Positions 1-9,346 of a stretch of 64,000 nt of DNA are shown in pieces. This DNA comes from Candidatus Marinacidobacterium sp. (GTDB lineage Bacteria; Acidobacteriota; Vicinamibacteria; Marinacidobacterales; Marinacidobacteraceae), in contig OZ244852.1 in the NCBI GenBank assembly GCA_965220965.1, forward strand, positions 736,001-800,000. The letters are read 5' to 3'. Within the stretch, counting starts at the first letter, position 1. Each line of letters begins with the position of its first letter. The notes under the pieces are model-generated. The model made no database searches and was not told where the DNA came from. It saw only the letters and a list, made by a program, of their open reading frames with translations. The position numbers and the translations under genes are program-made.

Positions 1-214
1 CCACGGCCGCCGGGCCCGGGCCCAGCGGGTTCTCGTTGCTGCTGATCCGGATCTCGTCGTCTTCGGGAGGCGGCAGGAACACCGGCGCGCCCCGGAAGCC
101 GTTCTCGGCCTCCCAGGCCTCCCGGCCCCGAGCGCTGATCGCGTGGAGAGTCGCGGAGCCGGCGCCAGCGCCGGCGCCCGCCAGACTCAGGAAACCGCGA
201 CGGGTCGATTTCAT
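1..214 (-). CDS. Class I/II PLP aminotransferase (HisC-like) with Tat signal, 5' part only (runs off the window)
   Basis: Not in the ORF track. Manual translation from ATG 214 gives MKSTRRGFLSLAGAG...IRISSNENPLGPGPAAV. TRRGFL is a twin-arginine motif, SSNENPLGP is typical of HisC-like enzymes, and an AAGGAG SD lies upstream. Confidence 0.8.
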   Translation of the reverse strand, partial: MKSTRRGFLSLAGAGAGAGSATLHAISARGREAWEAENGFRGAPVFLPPPEDDEIRISSNENPLGPGPAAV

Positions 215-310
215 CGGGCTTTCTCCTTACGTCTCGGGAACCGAGGTGAGAATCGGGGGGTCAGGGACCCGCCAGCATGCGCGTCGTCACGTGGCGAAAC
301 CCAGCCAGAA

Positions 311-340
311 ACAGTATCCGGTTTCGGAGGGCCGGGGCAA
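311..340 (-). promoter_or_regulatory. Putative sigma70 promoter for the aminotransferase
   Basis: Minus strand reads TTGCCC-N18-TACTGT in the intergenic region. Confidence 0.4.
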
Positions 341-389
341 ACGGCGGTGACGACAGAGTGGCCACGGGGAGCGGGAGGGTTCCTTCCGC

Positions 390-911
390 TCAGTGCACCA
401 TGAGTTCGGCGACGAGGGCGGTCGTCCCCCACTGCATCTTCATGGTCCCGTTCATGCCTTCCGCCATGAGCGAGATCGTGAACAGCTCGGCGGAGTCTTC
501 CGCCTGCTCGACCCGGAGCGGCGTCGCGAAGATGTCCGCGTCGGGGTTGTGCGCGAGGCCGGACTGGCCGGTCTCGCGGTTCACCAGCAGATGCCAGCCG
601 TCCTCGGTCTTCTTCGCGAAGAGCGTGTAGGAGCCGGCGGGGACCATGTTGTCCCCGAAGACGAGGCTCCCCTCGCTCTTGATCGTGGTCGCGTCCTCGG
701 AGCCGAGGCGCCACACCATCCCGGGCATTGCCTGGGAGAGCATGTCCCGCCCGTTCAGGCTGGGACGGCCGTAGTCCACCGTGACGGCCTTGCCGCCGAA
801 GTCGGCCTCCACCTTGCCGCGAGGGTTGTGAGCCAGCGCCAGCGGGGCGGCCAGCGCCACCGCGAGGAGCGCGAGCGGGAGACGACGGGAAAGACCTGCG
901 AACCTGATCAT
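390..911 (-). CDS. DUF2911 domain secreted protein
   Basis: Signal peptide (ALA-H); motifs VDYGRPSLNGR, VWRLG, VPAGSYTLF, MQWG; GGAGG SD and TAGAAT upstream. Confidence 0.85.
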   Translation of the reverse strand: MIRFAGLSRRLPLALLAVALAAPLALAHNPRGKVEADFGGKAVTVDYGRPSLNGRDMLSQAMPGMVWRLGSEDATTIKSEGSLVFGDNMVPAGSYTLFAKKTEDGWHLLVNRETGQSGLAHNPDADIFATPLRVEQAEDSAELFTISLMAEGMNGTMKMQWGTTALVAELMVH

Positions 912-1013
912 GAAGCGAACCTCCACCCTCAATTCTACAGCCTGCTGCTACCCTCCCGGAGGCTGGTTCGCGGCGGTCCAGGCGCCGCGCCCCACCGCCG
1001 CTCCGGAGGCCCG

Positions 1014-3167
1014 ATGTCCCGACTCCGTCTGACTCCCATTCGTTTCGTCTCCGGCCTCGCCGCGCTCGGGATGGCCGCCGTAGCCACGCCCGCCGCCGCC
1101 TCGCAGGAGGCGGACGGACTCGTCGAGGAGCACCGCGTCTGGCTCGAGGAGGAGGTCGTCTACATCATCACTCCCACCGAGGAGGAGGTGTTCCTCGAGC
1201 TGACCTCCTTCGAGGAGCGGGAGGCGTTCATCGACGCCTTCTGGCAGCGCAGGGATCCGGTCCCGGCGACGAAGGAGAACGAGTTCCGGGTCGAGCACTA
1301 CGAGCGGCTGGATTACGCGAACCGCTTCCTCGGCCGGGACGCTCCAAGGCCCGGCTGGCAGACCGACCGGGGGAAGTACTGGATCATCCTCGGCGAGCCG
1401 CGCACCCGGGAGAACTTCGACGGCCGCAACGAAATCGTGAGCGCCGAGCTCTGGATCTACCAGGGCGACACCCGGCTGGGGCTTCCCCCCCGCTTCAACC
1501 TCCTCTTCTTCAAGGATGAGGACATCGGAGAGTACGAGCTCTACCACCCGTGGGCCGACGGGCCGGACGCGCTGGTCCGCCGGGGGGAGCTGCTGCGGCA
1601 GCGGCAGAACTTCGCGGTGGACATCCTCGAGACCGTCTCGATGGACCTGGCCCGCGCCAGCCTGGTGATCGACCTGACGGACCCCCACGCCGACTTCCTG
1701 AGCGCGACGAACACGATCGCCCCGGCGCTGAACACCGTCCGTCCCTCGATGAGCGTCGAGAAGAACCTGATCGACATCGCCGAGTCCCCGCTGAAGCTGG
1801 TGGATCTCGAAGAGATCGATGGCTACCTCCGCTACGGTGACCGGGTGACGGCCGAGTACTCCTTCCGGTTCGTCAAGAGCGAAGCGGACTTCTCGGTCTT
1901 CGCCGGCCCCCGGAACACCCCGTTCCTGAACTACACGGTCAAGCTCGCGCCCGAGGACTTCACCCTGCAGCAAGGTGAGGACGAGGGGGAGTACGTGACG
2001 ACCCTCGACATCGAGCTCGAACTCCGCAGCCCCGAGGGGATGCTCCTGGCGATGCACCAGAACTCCCCGATGATCCGGCTGAGCGAGAGCCAGTACCGCT
2101 CGGTGGCGGGGCTGCCGTTCGCCTACCGCGACAACCTGCCGGTGATCCCGGGGGACTACGAGGTGAGCGTTCTTCTCCAGAACCGGGCGACCTCGCAGTA
2201 CACCGTGGTGAGCGAAATGATCCGGGTTCCGGGGACGGGCGGGGGCGGCCCGCGTCTCACCGATCCGCTGCTCGCCTACCGGATGGAAACCGAGCCCTCG
2301 TTCGGTTCCGGACCGCGCTTCGGGACCTACCAGTTCGGCGACCGCGTCCTCGAGCCGGCGGTCGGCGGGAGCTTCTCGACCTCGGACACGCTCACCGTGG
2401 CGGCGCAGTCGGTCAACGCCGGCGACGGATTCCAGGTTCGTTTCCGCATCCTCTCCGACGACCCCGGCGGCGGCGCCCCGCGTCTCCTGGACGAGCGCCT
2501 GGCGCCGGCCGGGAGCCCCGCGGACCCCGCGCTCGAGGACTTTCTGCTGAACGAACTCGGCGCCGGGCGCTACCAGGTGAGCCTCGACCTGCTGGACCCC
2601 GGCGGTCAGGTCGTCTCTTCGACCGAGGCCCCGCTCGCGGTGTCGCCCCGGGCGAGCGTCGAGCGGCCGGGCTTCATCGTGCGCCGGTCGTACGCCAGCC
2701 ATGTGCCGGGCCTGCTGGCGCTGGCCCTCGGCGAGCAGTTCCTCGCCCAGGGGCGGGTCCACGACGCTACCGTGGCCTTCCGCGAGGCGACCGCGAACCC
2801 CGACCTCCCGATGGCCCGCTGGAAGCTCGCCAGCGCGCTCCTCTTCTCGCGCCAGGCCGACGAGGCGCTCGATCTCCTGCTTCCCATCGAGTCGGAGCAC
2901 CCGAACGAGATCGAGGTCGCCGAAGGGGTGGGCTTCGCCTACTACATCCGCCAGGAGTGTTCGGACGCGCTGCCCCGGCTGGAGCACGCGATGACGCTCC
3001 GCGCTCCGGATCCGTCGCTCCTGAACGCGCTCGGCGACTGCCACCAGCAGACCGGCGACGGCGACCGCGCGCGCGAGATGTTCCGCCGTTCGCTCGAGCT
3101 GAACCCCGGCCAGCAGGGCGTGCGCGCCCGGCTCGCCGAACTCGGCGACCCGCAGCCGGAGCGCTGA
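1014..3167 (+). CDS. GWxTD domain protein with C-terminal TPR repeats
   Basis: WLEEEVVYIIT, FWQRRDP, GWQTDRG motifs; TPR-like helical C-terminus; GGAGG SD before ATG 1014; signal peptide. Confidence 0.9.
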   Translation: MSRLRLTPIRFVSGLAALGMAAVATPAAASQEADGLVEEHRVWLEEEVVYIITPTEEEVFLELTSFEEREAFIDAFWQRRDPVPATKENEFRVEHYERLDYANRFLGRDAPRPGWQTDRGKYWIILGEPRTRENFDGRNEIVSAELWIYQGDTRLGLPPRFNLLFFKDEDIGEYELYHPWADGPDALVRRGELLRQRQNFAVDILETVSMDLARASLVIDLTDPHADFLSATNTIAPALNTVRPSMSVEKNLIDIAESPLKLVDLEEIDGYLRYGDRVTAEYSFRFVKSEADFSVFAGPRNTPFLNYTVKLAPEDFTLQQGEDEGEYVTTLDIELELRSPEGMLLAMHQNSPMIRLSESQYRSVAGLPFAYRDNLPVIPGDYEVSVLLQNRATSQYTVVSEMIRVPGTGGGGPRLTDPLLAYRMETEPSFGSGPRFGTYQFGDRVLEPAVGGSFSTSDTLTVAAQSVNAGDGFQVRFRILSDDPGGGAPRLLDERLAPAGSPADPALEDFLLNELGAGRYQVSLDLLDPGGQVVSSTEAPLAVSPRASVERPGFIVRRSYASHVPGLLALALGEQFLAQGRVHDATVAFREATANPDLPMARWKLASALLFSRQADEALDLLLPIESEHPNEIEVAEGVGFAYYIRQECSDALPRLEHAMTLRAPDPSLLNALGDCHQQTGDGDRAREMFRRSLELNPGQQGVRARLAELGDPQPER

Positions 3168-3199
3168 CCGCCGGAGAACCGCCGGGCGCGGCCGCCGCG

Positions 3200-5554
3200 T
3201 CAGTCGCTGCCGGGTGATCCCGGCGGGCGCGGCGCCAGGTAGGTCTCCTGGAAGCGCTGGATCGCCGGGAGGAGCTGCTGGCGGTCGTGGAGCGTTCCCT
3301 GAAAGAGATCGCCCAGGCGGTCGAGCCGATCCGGGAGCGTCTTCAGCGTGAAGCGGGTCGGGTCGAGCCCGCCCTCGAGTTCGTCCCAGTCCAGCGGAGT
3401 GGACGCCGAGGCGGCGGGAACCGGCCGGACGGCGTAGGGAGGGACCACCGTCTGGCCCCGGCGGTTCTGGAGGAAGTCGAGGTAGACCCGTCCGCCCCGG
3501 CGGGCCACGTTCCGCTCCACGGTGGCGATGTCGGGGTGTTCCGCCGCGACGTGGGTCGAGACCGCCTCGCAGAACTGACGGACCACCTCATACGGGTAGA
3601 TCGGCTCCAGCGGGACGTGGATGTGGAGCCCCGAGGCCCCCGAGGTCTTGAGGCAGGGCCGGAGCCCGATTCCGCGAAGGACCTTCCCGAAGGCGCGCGC
3701 CAGGCGCACCACGTCGGAGAAGGGGCCCGAACCGGGGTCGAGGTCGAAGACCGCCCAGTCCGGGTGGTCGCGGCGGGTGCGGCGCGAGAGCCAGGGGTGG
3801 ATGTCGATGCTGCCCAGGTTGGCGGCGAACAGGAGCGCGGAGGCGTCGTTGCAGATCAGGTAGCGGATCGTCTCGCCCTTGCCGCCGGAGGCGATCCGCT
3901 CGGTCTCGATCCAGTCGGGCGTGTGCTCCGGGAGGTCCTTCTGGTAGAAGGCCTTGCCGCCGACCCCGTCGGGGTAGCGCAGCAGGTGGGAGGGCCGCTC
4001 CCGGAGGTACGGGAGCAGGTGCTCGGCGACCCGGTCGTAGTAGCGGATGAGGTCCCCCTTGGTGTAGCCCTGGTCGGGCCAGAAGACCTTGTCCAGGTTG
4101 GTGAACCGGACCGGCCGGGCCGCGTTCCGGTGGGCCTGTTCGCGGGAAAGTCCGGCCAGCAGGTGATCGTCCGGGGACTCCGGGGCCCGCTTCGCCGGGA
4201 TCCGGAGACAGTCCTCCGGCGCCGCCTCTCCCGGGGGCGAAGGCGGGTAGGGGGCGTCGGCGCGGCGGGCGATCGTCCCCGGGAGCCCCGCCGCCTCGCA
4301 GGCGGCGTGGAACTCCTCGCCGCGCACCGCGACGTGGTCCCCGAAGAGGATCGCGGCGCTCTCCGGCAGGAGGGTGGAGAGCAGCGCCTTCCGCTCCCGC
4401 AGGGGCGAGCCGCGCACGTCCCAGTCCTCGTAGCGGATCAGGTCGTTGAGGTAGAGGACGACCGGAACCGACCGGTCGCCGCCGAGCCGCCGGGCGAGCG
4501 CCTCTTCCGAGGGCCGTTCCGCCGCATCGGTGCTCACCAGGGCGCCGTGGGCGAGGAACTCCTCGGCGCGGAGCGCGTCGGCGGCGGCGAAGATCTCGGG
4601 GAGCCGCTCTTCCACCTCGGTCGGCCACGCCGGGGAGGGTTCGCCGGCAGGTGAGAGCCGCACCTCGCCGCCCGACCGCTCGAGGAAGACCGGGGCGCCG
4701 CGGAGCTCCGGCTCGAAGAGATACTCGGGGTCCGACATCGGCCCGGACTCCGCCTGGGGGAGCACCGGCGCCGGCGGGACCGTCCCGCTCCACGGGACGG
4801 CCGCCTCGAGGGCGAAGAAGGGTTGACGGTCGGCGTCGGGGCGGACGTAGCGGTCCCGGCCCTTGATGAGCAGCCATTCGTGCTCGCCGCGCGTCGTGCG
4901 CACCATGTGCCACGAGCCGCGCAGCTTCCTGCCGCGGAGCCGGATGACCAGCTTGCCCGCCGCCACCCCGGCGGCGCCCTGATCCTCACCGCCCTCCTCG
5001 ATCTCGTAGCGCCCCAGGTCCCAGATGCCCATCGTGCCGCCGCCGTACTCCCCCTCGGGGATGACCCCCTCGAAGGCGGTGTAGGCGAGGGGATGGTCTT
5101 CCGTCCGCACCGCCAGCTTCTTCACCTCGGGGTCGTAGGAGAAGCCCTTCGGCACCGCCCAGGACGCGAGCACCCCGTTCATTTCGAGGCGGAGGTCGTA
5201 GTGGAGCCGCCGCGCTTCGTGGCGATGGACGACGAAGGCGCGGCCCGGGCCCGGGAGGACCGGAGTCCCTCCGGCCGGCCGGGTTTCCGCGGGGGGTTCG
5301 GGGGTGCGCTCGAAGTCCCGTTTCGTTCCGTAGACGGCGATGGATTTCGATCGGCGGACGGGCACGGAACGCCCGGAATTCTGCCGGATTCCGGCCCCGC
5401 CAGCGGACCTCGCCGGCTTCTGAACGGATTGCTTGACTCCGCCGACGGTCGCGCTATCGTCCCTTCGCCCCGCCGGTTTCCCGCAACCGGCCCCATGGGG
5501 TGCGCCCGTCCCGTGCGCGGCTCCCGAGTCCGGTTTCACCGGGCTCACCTCCAT
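3200..5554 (-). CDS. ligD: LigD-type NHEJ protein: 3'-phosphoesterase, degenerate ATP-dependent ligase domain, primase-polymerase (start uncertain)
   Basis: PE domain KRDF..TPEP and HEARRLHYDLRLE..SWAVPKG; Pol domain TNLDKVFWP, FDLDP, KTSGASGLH, YLDFLQN; middle domain ligase-like but lacks KxDG. Confidence 0.88.
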   Translation of the reverse strand: MEVSPVKPDSGAAHGTGAPHGAGCGKPAGRRDDSATVGGVKQSVQKPARSAGGAGIRQNSGRSVPVRRSKSIAVYGTKRDFERTPEPPAETRPAGGTPVLPGPGRAFVVHRHEARRLHYDLRLEMNGVLASWAVPKGFSYDPEVKKLAVRTEDHPLAYTAFEGVIPEGEYGGGTMGIWDLGRYEIEEGGEDQGAAGVAAGKLVIRLRGRKLRGSWHMVRTTRGEHEWLLIKGRDRYVRPDADRQPFFALEAAVPWSGTVPPAPVLPQAESGPMSDPEYLFEPELRGAPVFLERSGGEVRLSPAGEPSPAWPTEVEERLPEIFAAADALRAEEFLAHGALVSTDAAERPSEEALARRLGGDRSVPVVLYLNDLIRYEDWDVRGSPLRERKALLSTLLPESAAILFGDHVAVRGEEFHAACEAAGLPGTIARRADAPYPPSPPGEAAPEDCLRIPAKRAPESPDDHLLAGLSREQAHRNAARPVRFTNLDKVFWPDQGYTKGDLIRYYDRVAEHLLPYLRERPSHLLRYPDGVGGKAFYQKDLPEHTPDWIETERIASGGKGETIRYLICNDASALLFAANLGSIDIHPWLSRRTRRDHPDWAVFDLDPGSGPFSDVVRLARAFGKVLRGIGLRPCLKTSGASGLHIHVPLEPIYPYEVVRQFCEAVSTHVAAEHPDIATVERNVARRGGRVYLDFLQNRRGQTVVPPYAVRPVPAASASTPLDWDELEGGLDPTRFTLKTLPDRLDRLGDLFQGTLHDRQQLLPAIQRFQETYLAPRPPGSPGSD

Positions 5555-5736
5555 CCGTCTCCTTCCTTCCTCAAGGAGCCAGAACGGGACACACTCGGGA
5601 GGCGAGGGAGGTCCGCGGCGACGTCGGTTCCGGAGTTCCGGATGGAGTCTCGGCGCCGCCACCGCCCGGTACCATGGGCCGGGGCGGCCGCGCCGGCCGA
5701 CCGCCGGCGGCGATGCGACCGCCCGGAGGCGCCCCT

Positions 5737-7926
5737 GTGATGAATCCGGAACCCTGCGAAGCCCCCGGTCGGCCGCCGCTGCGGCGCCCCCGCATCCCGG
5801 TCGCGGTCCTGCTGGCCGCGACGCTCGCCGCCGCCTGCGGCGACCCGGTGGAGCCGCCGGCCTTCACCCTCGAGGACATCCTCGGGATCCGTCACCCGAC
5901 GGCTCCGGTCTGGAGTCCCGACGGGTCGCGGATCGTGTTCGTCTGGGATCTGAACCAGCAGATGGACCTCTATGAGGTCACTCCGGGCTCGGGCGAGCCG
6001 CCGCAGCAGCTCACCCGCTGGGGGGACGCCTACGAGGAGATCGGGAACCTCTTCTGGGGGCCGGACGGCGAGGTCCTCCACTTCACCCGCAACGGGGCGC
6101 TCTACCGGATGAACCCCGACCTGGCCGGGACGCTGGAGCGGGTGTTTCCCCAGGAGCCGGGGGGCGAGTCGGGCTTCGCCGTGTCGCCGGACCGGCGGGG
6201 CATCGCGTTCTCGCGCGGTGGCGACCTCCACGTCCGGGACCTGCAGAGCGGCGGCGAGATCCGTCTGACCCGGACCGAAGACCGCGTCGAGGCCGGTCCG
6301 GTGTGGTCGCCGGACGCCCGCTTCCTCGCCTACACCGCGTCGCAGCCGCGCATCACGGACGAGTCCTCGGAAGTCACCGGCGATTCGCTTCGCTTCCGGC
6401 GGGTCTCCGGCGCTCCGGGCGAACTGTGGACGGTCCCCGTCATCTCCGGCGGCGTGGCGCGGCGGATCGCCGCCGGGCCCGAGACGCGATCGGCGCCCCG
6501 CTGGCTCGACTCCGCGCGGCTGGTGTTCCAGCAGGTGGCGCCCGGGTACCGGACCCGCTCGGTAGTCGTCGCCGACCTGCGCGACGGGTCGCTCGAGACG
6601 ATCCACCAGACGGTGGACGAGAAGTGGTGGAGCCTGAACTACCTCGGCGCCGAGCCCCGCCCCTCGCCCGACGGCGCGTGGGTCGCCCTGGTGGACGACT
6701 CGACCGGCTGGGACCGGCTGGTCGTCGTCTCCACGCAGGACGGCGCCGCGACCCCGCTCACCCCGGATGGGGAGGAGGTCCGGCGCTTCGCATGGTCTCC
6801 GGACGGGCGGTTCCTCGGCTGGGACTCGAACCCCGAGCACCCCGGGCAGCGGCAGCTCTACGTGGTGGAGACCGCCGACCTCCCGGACGCCGCGGCCCGC
6901 CCGCTGACGAGCTTCCGGGGGACGAACACCCAGCCGGCGGTGGCCACCGGCTTCCAGTTGTGGAACGAGCACGGGGGCTTCTCTCCGGATGGGAGCCGGA
7001 TCGTCTTCCAGCGGACCGGCCCGCGCTCCCCGCCGGACCTGTTCGTCGTGGACACCGCCGGCGGCGGGCCCGCCGAGCGGCTGACCGATGCGCTGCCCGA
7101 GTCCCTGGACCCGGCGAGCTTCGTGGAAGGGGATTTCGTGCGGTTTCCCGCCCGCGACAGCGGAACCGTCCCCGGCTACCTGTTCACCCCGCCGGAACTC
7201 GACCCGGAGGCGACCCACCCGGCGATCGTCTGGGTCCACGGCGACGGGATCGCCCAGAACTACGACGGCTGGCACGTGCGCCGCGACTACGGCGTCTACC
7301 ACTCGTTCCACCAGTTCCTCGTCTCCCGCGGATACGTCGTGCTCATGCCGGATTACCGGGGCAGCATCGGCTACGGCCGCGACTTCCGGCAGCAGGTCTA
7401 CCGGGACGTGGGCGGCGGGGACTACCAGGACGTGGCGGCCGCCGGGGACTACCTTCGGACGCTCCCCTACGTGGACCCGGACCGCATCGGGATCTGGGGC
7501 CTCAGCTACGGCGGCTTCATGACGATGCAGGCGCTCACGCTCGACCCGACGCTCTTCGCCGCCGGCGTCAACGTGGCCGGCGTGGGCGATTTCCGGCTCT
7601 GGTTCGAGGATCCGGGGGGCCCCTGGGTCGTCGGCCGCATGGGTACGCCCAGCGAGAACCCGGAGGTCTACGAGCTTGGAGCGCCCGCCGACCGCCTCGA
7701 GGAGGTGGTCCGGCCGCTGCTCATGCTCCACGGGACGGCGGACGTGAACGTCTCCTATTTCGAGTCGCTGAACATCGCCGACGGCCTGCTGCGGGCCGGG
7801 AAGGACTTCGAGCTCGTGACCTACCCTGGGGAGTTCCACTACTTCCACCGGGATCACGTCCTGCGCGACGCCTGGCGGCGGGTGCGCCGCTTCTGGGACG
7901 CGCATCTGGCCGCCGCGGCGCCGTAG
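5737..7926 (+). CDS. S9 family prolyl oligopeptidase/acylaminoacyl peptidase, lipoprotein with PD40 propeller
   Basis: Repeated WSPDG; GIWGLSYGG nucleophile; HGTADVNV Asp and GEFH His; lipobox LAAAC; start GTG 5737 or ATG 5740. Confidence 0.92.
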   Translation: MMNPEPCEAPGRPPLRRPRIPVAVLLAATLAAACGDPVEPPAFTLEDILGIRHPTAPVWSPDGSRIVFVWDLNQQMDLYEVTPGSGEPPQQLTRWGDAYEEIGNLFWGPDGEVLHFTRNGALYRMNPDLAGTLERVFPQEPGGESGFAVSPDRRGIAFSRGGDLHVRDLQSGGEIRLTRTEDRVEAGPVWSPDARFLAYTASQPRITDESSEVTGDSLRFRRVSGAPGELWTVPVISGGVARRIAAGPETRSAPRWLDSARLVFQQVAPGYRTRSVVVADLRDGSLETIHQTVDEKWWSLNYLGAEPRPSPDGAWVALVDDSTGWDRLVVVSTQDGAATPLTPDGEEVRRFAWSPDGRFLGWDSNPEHPGQRQLYVVETADLPDAAARPLTSFRGTNTQPAVATGFQLWNEHGGFSPDGSRIVFQRTGPRSPPDLFVVDTAGGGPAERLTDALPESLDPASFVEGDFVRFPARDSGTVPGYLFTPPELDPEATHPAIVWVHGDGIAQNYDGWHVRRDYGVYHSFHQFLVSRGYVVLMPDYRGSIGYGRDFRQQVYRDVGGGDYQDVAAAGDYLRTLPYVDPDRIGIWGLSYGGFMTMQALTLDPTLFAAGVNVAGVGDFRLWFEDPGGPWVVGRMGTPSENPEVYELGAPADRLEEVVRPLLMLHGTADVNVSYFESLNIADGLLRAGKDFELVTYPGEFHYFHRDHVLRDAWRRVRRFWDAHLAAAAP

Positions 7927-7945
7927 GGCGCCGCGGCCGGTCGCC

Positions 7946-9346
7946 TCAGCGGGCGTTCAACTGCTCGCGGAAGGCGTCCGGAACGACCATGCCGAGCGCC
8001 TCGGCCCGCGCCAGTTCGGCCCGGGCCGCCGGGAGTCGTCCCCGCTGGCGCTCCACATCCGCCAGCAGAAAGTGGAGCGCGCCGCGCTGGCGGTCCGGGA
8101 GCGCGGCGGCGGCCTCGAGGGCGCGCGCGAGCGTGGAGGCGGCCTCGTCGAGGCGACCGGCGGTCGCGAGGAGCTGTCCGAGCCCCTGGAGCGCCCCGGG
8201 GTGGTTCGGGTCTTCGGCGAGCGCCCGCCGCAGGAGGCGCTCGGCTTCGCGCAGGTCGCCGCGTTGGAAGCGGAGGCTCGAGGCGCCCAGCAGGGTCGGG
8301 ATGTGGCCGGGGTCGCTTTCGGCGGAGCGGCGGTAGAGCGTTTCCGCTTCGTCGTCCCTCCCGCTCCTCGCCAGCAGGTTGGCGAGGTTCGCCATGACCG
8401 GGCTCGAGTCCGGAGACCGCGTGAGCGCTTCCCGGTAGGCGGCTTCGGCGTCGGCCGCCCGCCCCATCCGGGAGAGCGCGTTCCCGAGGTTGTAGCGGAG
8501 GTCGGGATCCTCGGGGCGCTCGGCGATCAGCCCGCCGTAGAGCGCGGCCGCGGTCTCCGGGTCTCCGGCGGCCGCCGCCCGCCGGGCGCGGGCCTCACGG
8601 CCGACGGCGTCGGCGCGCAGGTCGAAGGCGGCCTCGAGAAGCGGGTCCGGATCGGCGGTTTCCCCCCGGGTGGGGGAGGCGGCTGCGGCGCGGGCGCGCG
8701 CCGCCGCCCGGACGGCGGCGTCCCCGTCTCCTTCCCGGCGGTGGATCTGCGCCAGGAACGACCACGCCGCCGCCGAGCTCGGGGAGCGCTCCACCAGCCG
8801 CTCGAGCTGCTCCCGCGCGGCATCGAGGTCTCGGGCGGCGATCGAGCGGCGCCCGAGCGCCAGCGCGGCCTCCACCGAATCGGGAGCGGCGGCTCGCAGG
8901 GCGATCCAGGCTTCCCCGGCGGCGTCGCGCTCGCCGAGGGCCTCGAGGAGTCGCGCCCGGAGCGCGAGGGCGGGGGGGAAGCCGGGACGCCGGTCCAGCG
9001 CCTCGCGGGCGAGATCCAGCGCTCCGGCCGGATCGCCGGACTCGAGCAGGCGGGCGTGGAGATGGGGCCAGCGGTGGTCGGCGTCGTCGAGCCGCGCCGC
9101 CTCGCGGTAGGCCACGCCCGCTTCCTCCGGGAACGAGTGCGCGTGGAGAACCATGCCGAGACGGCCCCAGGCGGCGGCTTCGCCCCGGTCGCGCTCCACC
9201 GCCGAAGTGGCGGCGGTGATGGCGCGCGCCACCGCCGGCTCCAGGCCTTCCGGGGAAATGCGGGGGATCTCGGCGCCGCCGCACGCCAGCGAGGCCAGGA
9301 GCGCGGCGGCGGCCGCTCCCCGCAGCAGGGAAGGGGGCGTCGTCAT
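7946..9346 (-). CDS. TPR-repeat lipoprotein
   Basis: Lipobox SLAC; multiple TPR motifs (AWGRLGMVL, YNLGNALSRMGR); ATGA overlap with the upstream gene. Confidence 0.85.
   Translation of the reverse strand: MTTPPSLLRGAAAAALLASLACGGAEIPRISPEGLEPAVARAITAATSAVERDRGEAAAWGRLGMVLHAHSFPEEAGVAYREAARLDDADHRWPHLHARLLESGDPAGALDLAREALDRRPGFPPALALRARLLEALGERDAAGEAWIALRAAAPDSVEAALALGRRSIAARDLDAAREQLERLVERSPSSAAAWSFLAQIHRREGDGDAAVRAAARARAAAASPTRGETADPDPLLEAAFDLRADAVGREARARRAAAAGDPETAAALYGGLIAERPEDPDLRYNLGNALSRMGRAADAEAAYREALTRSPDSSPVMANLANLLARSGRDDEAETLYRRSAESDPGHIPTLLGASSLRFQRGDLREAERLLRRALAEDPNHPGALQGLGQLLATAGRLDEAASTLARALEAAAALPDRQRGALHFLLADVERQRGRLPAARAELARAEALGMVVPDAFREQLNAR

Noticed and set aside
948-3044. 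Long antisense ORFs (also 5545-7905, 36017-39529, 47321-49966, 52955-55516, 56044-58392 and others)
   Set aside because: Shadow frames of motif-bearing genes on the opposite strand, expected at this GC content; no recognisable motifs.
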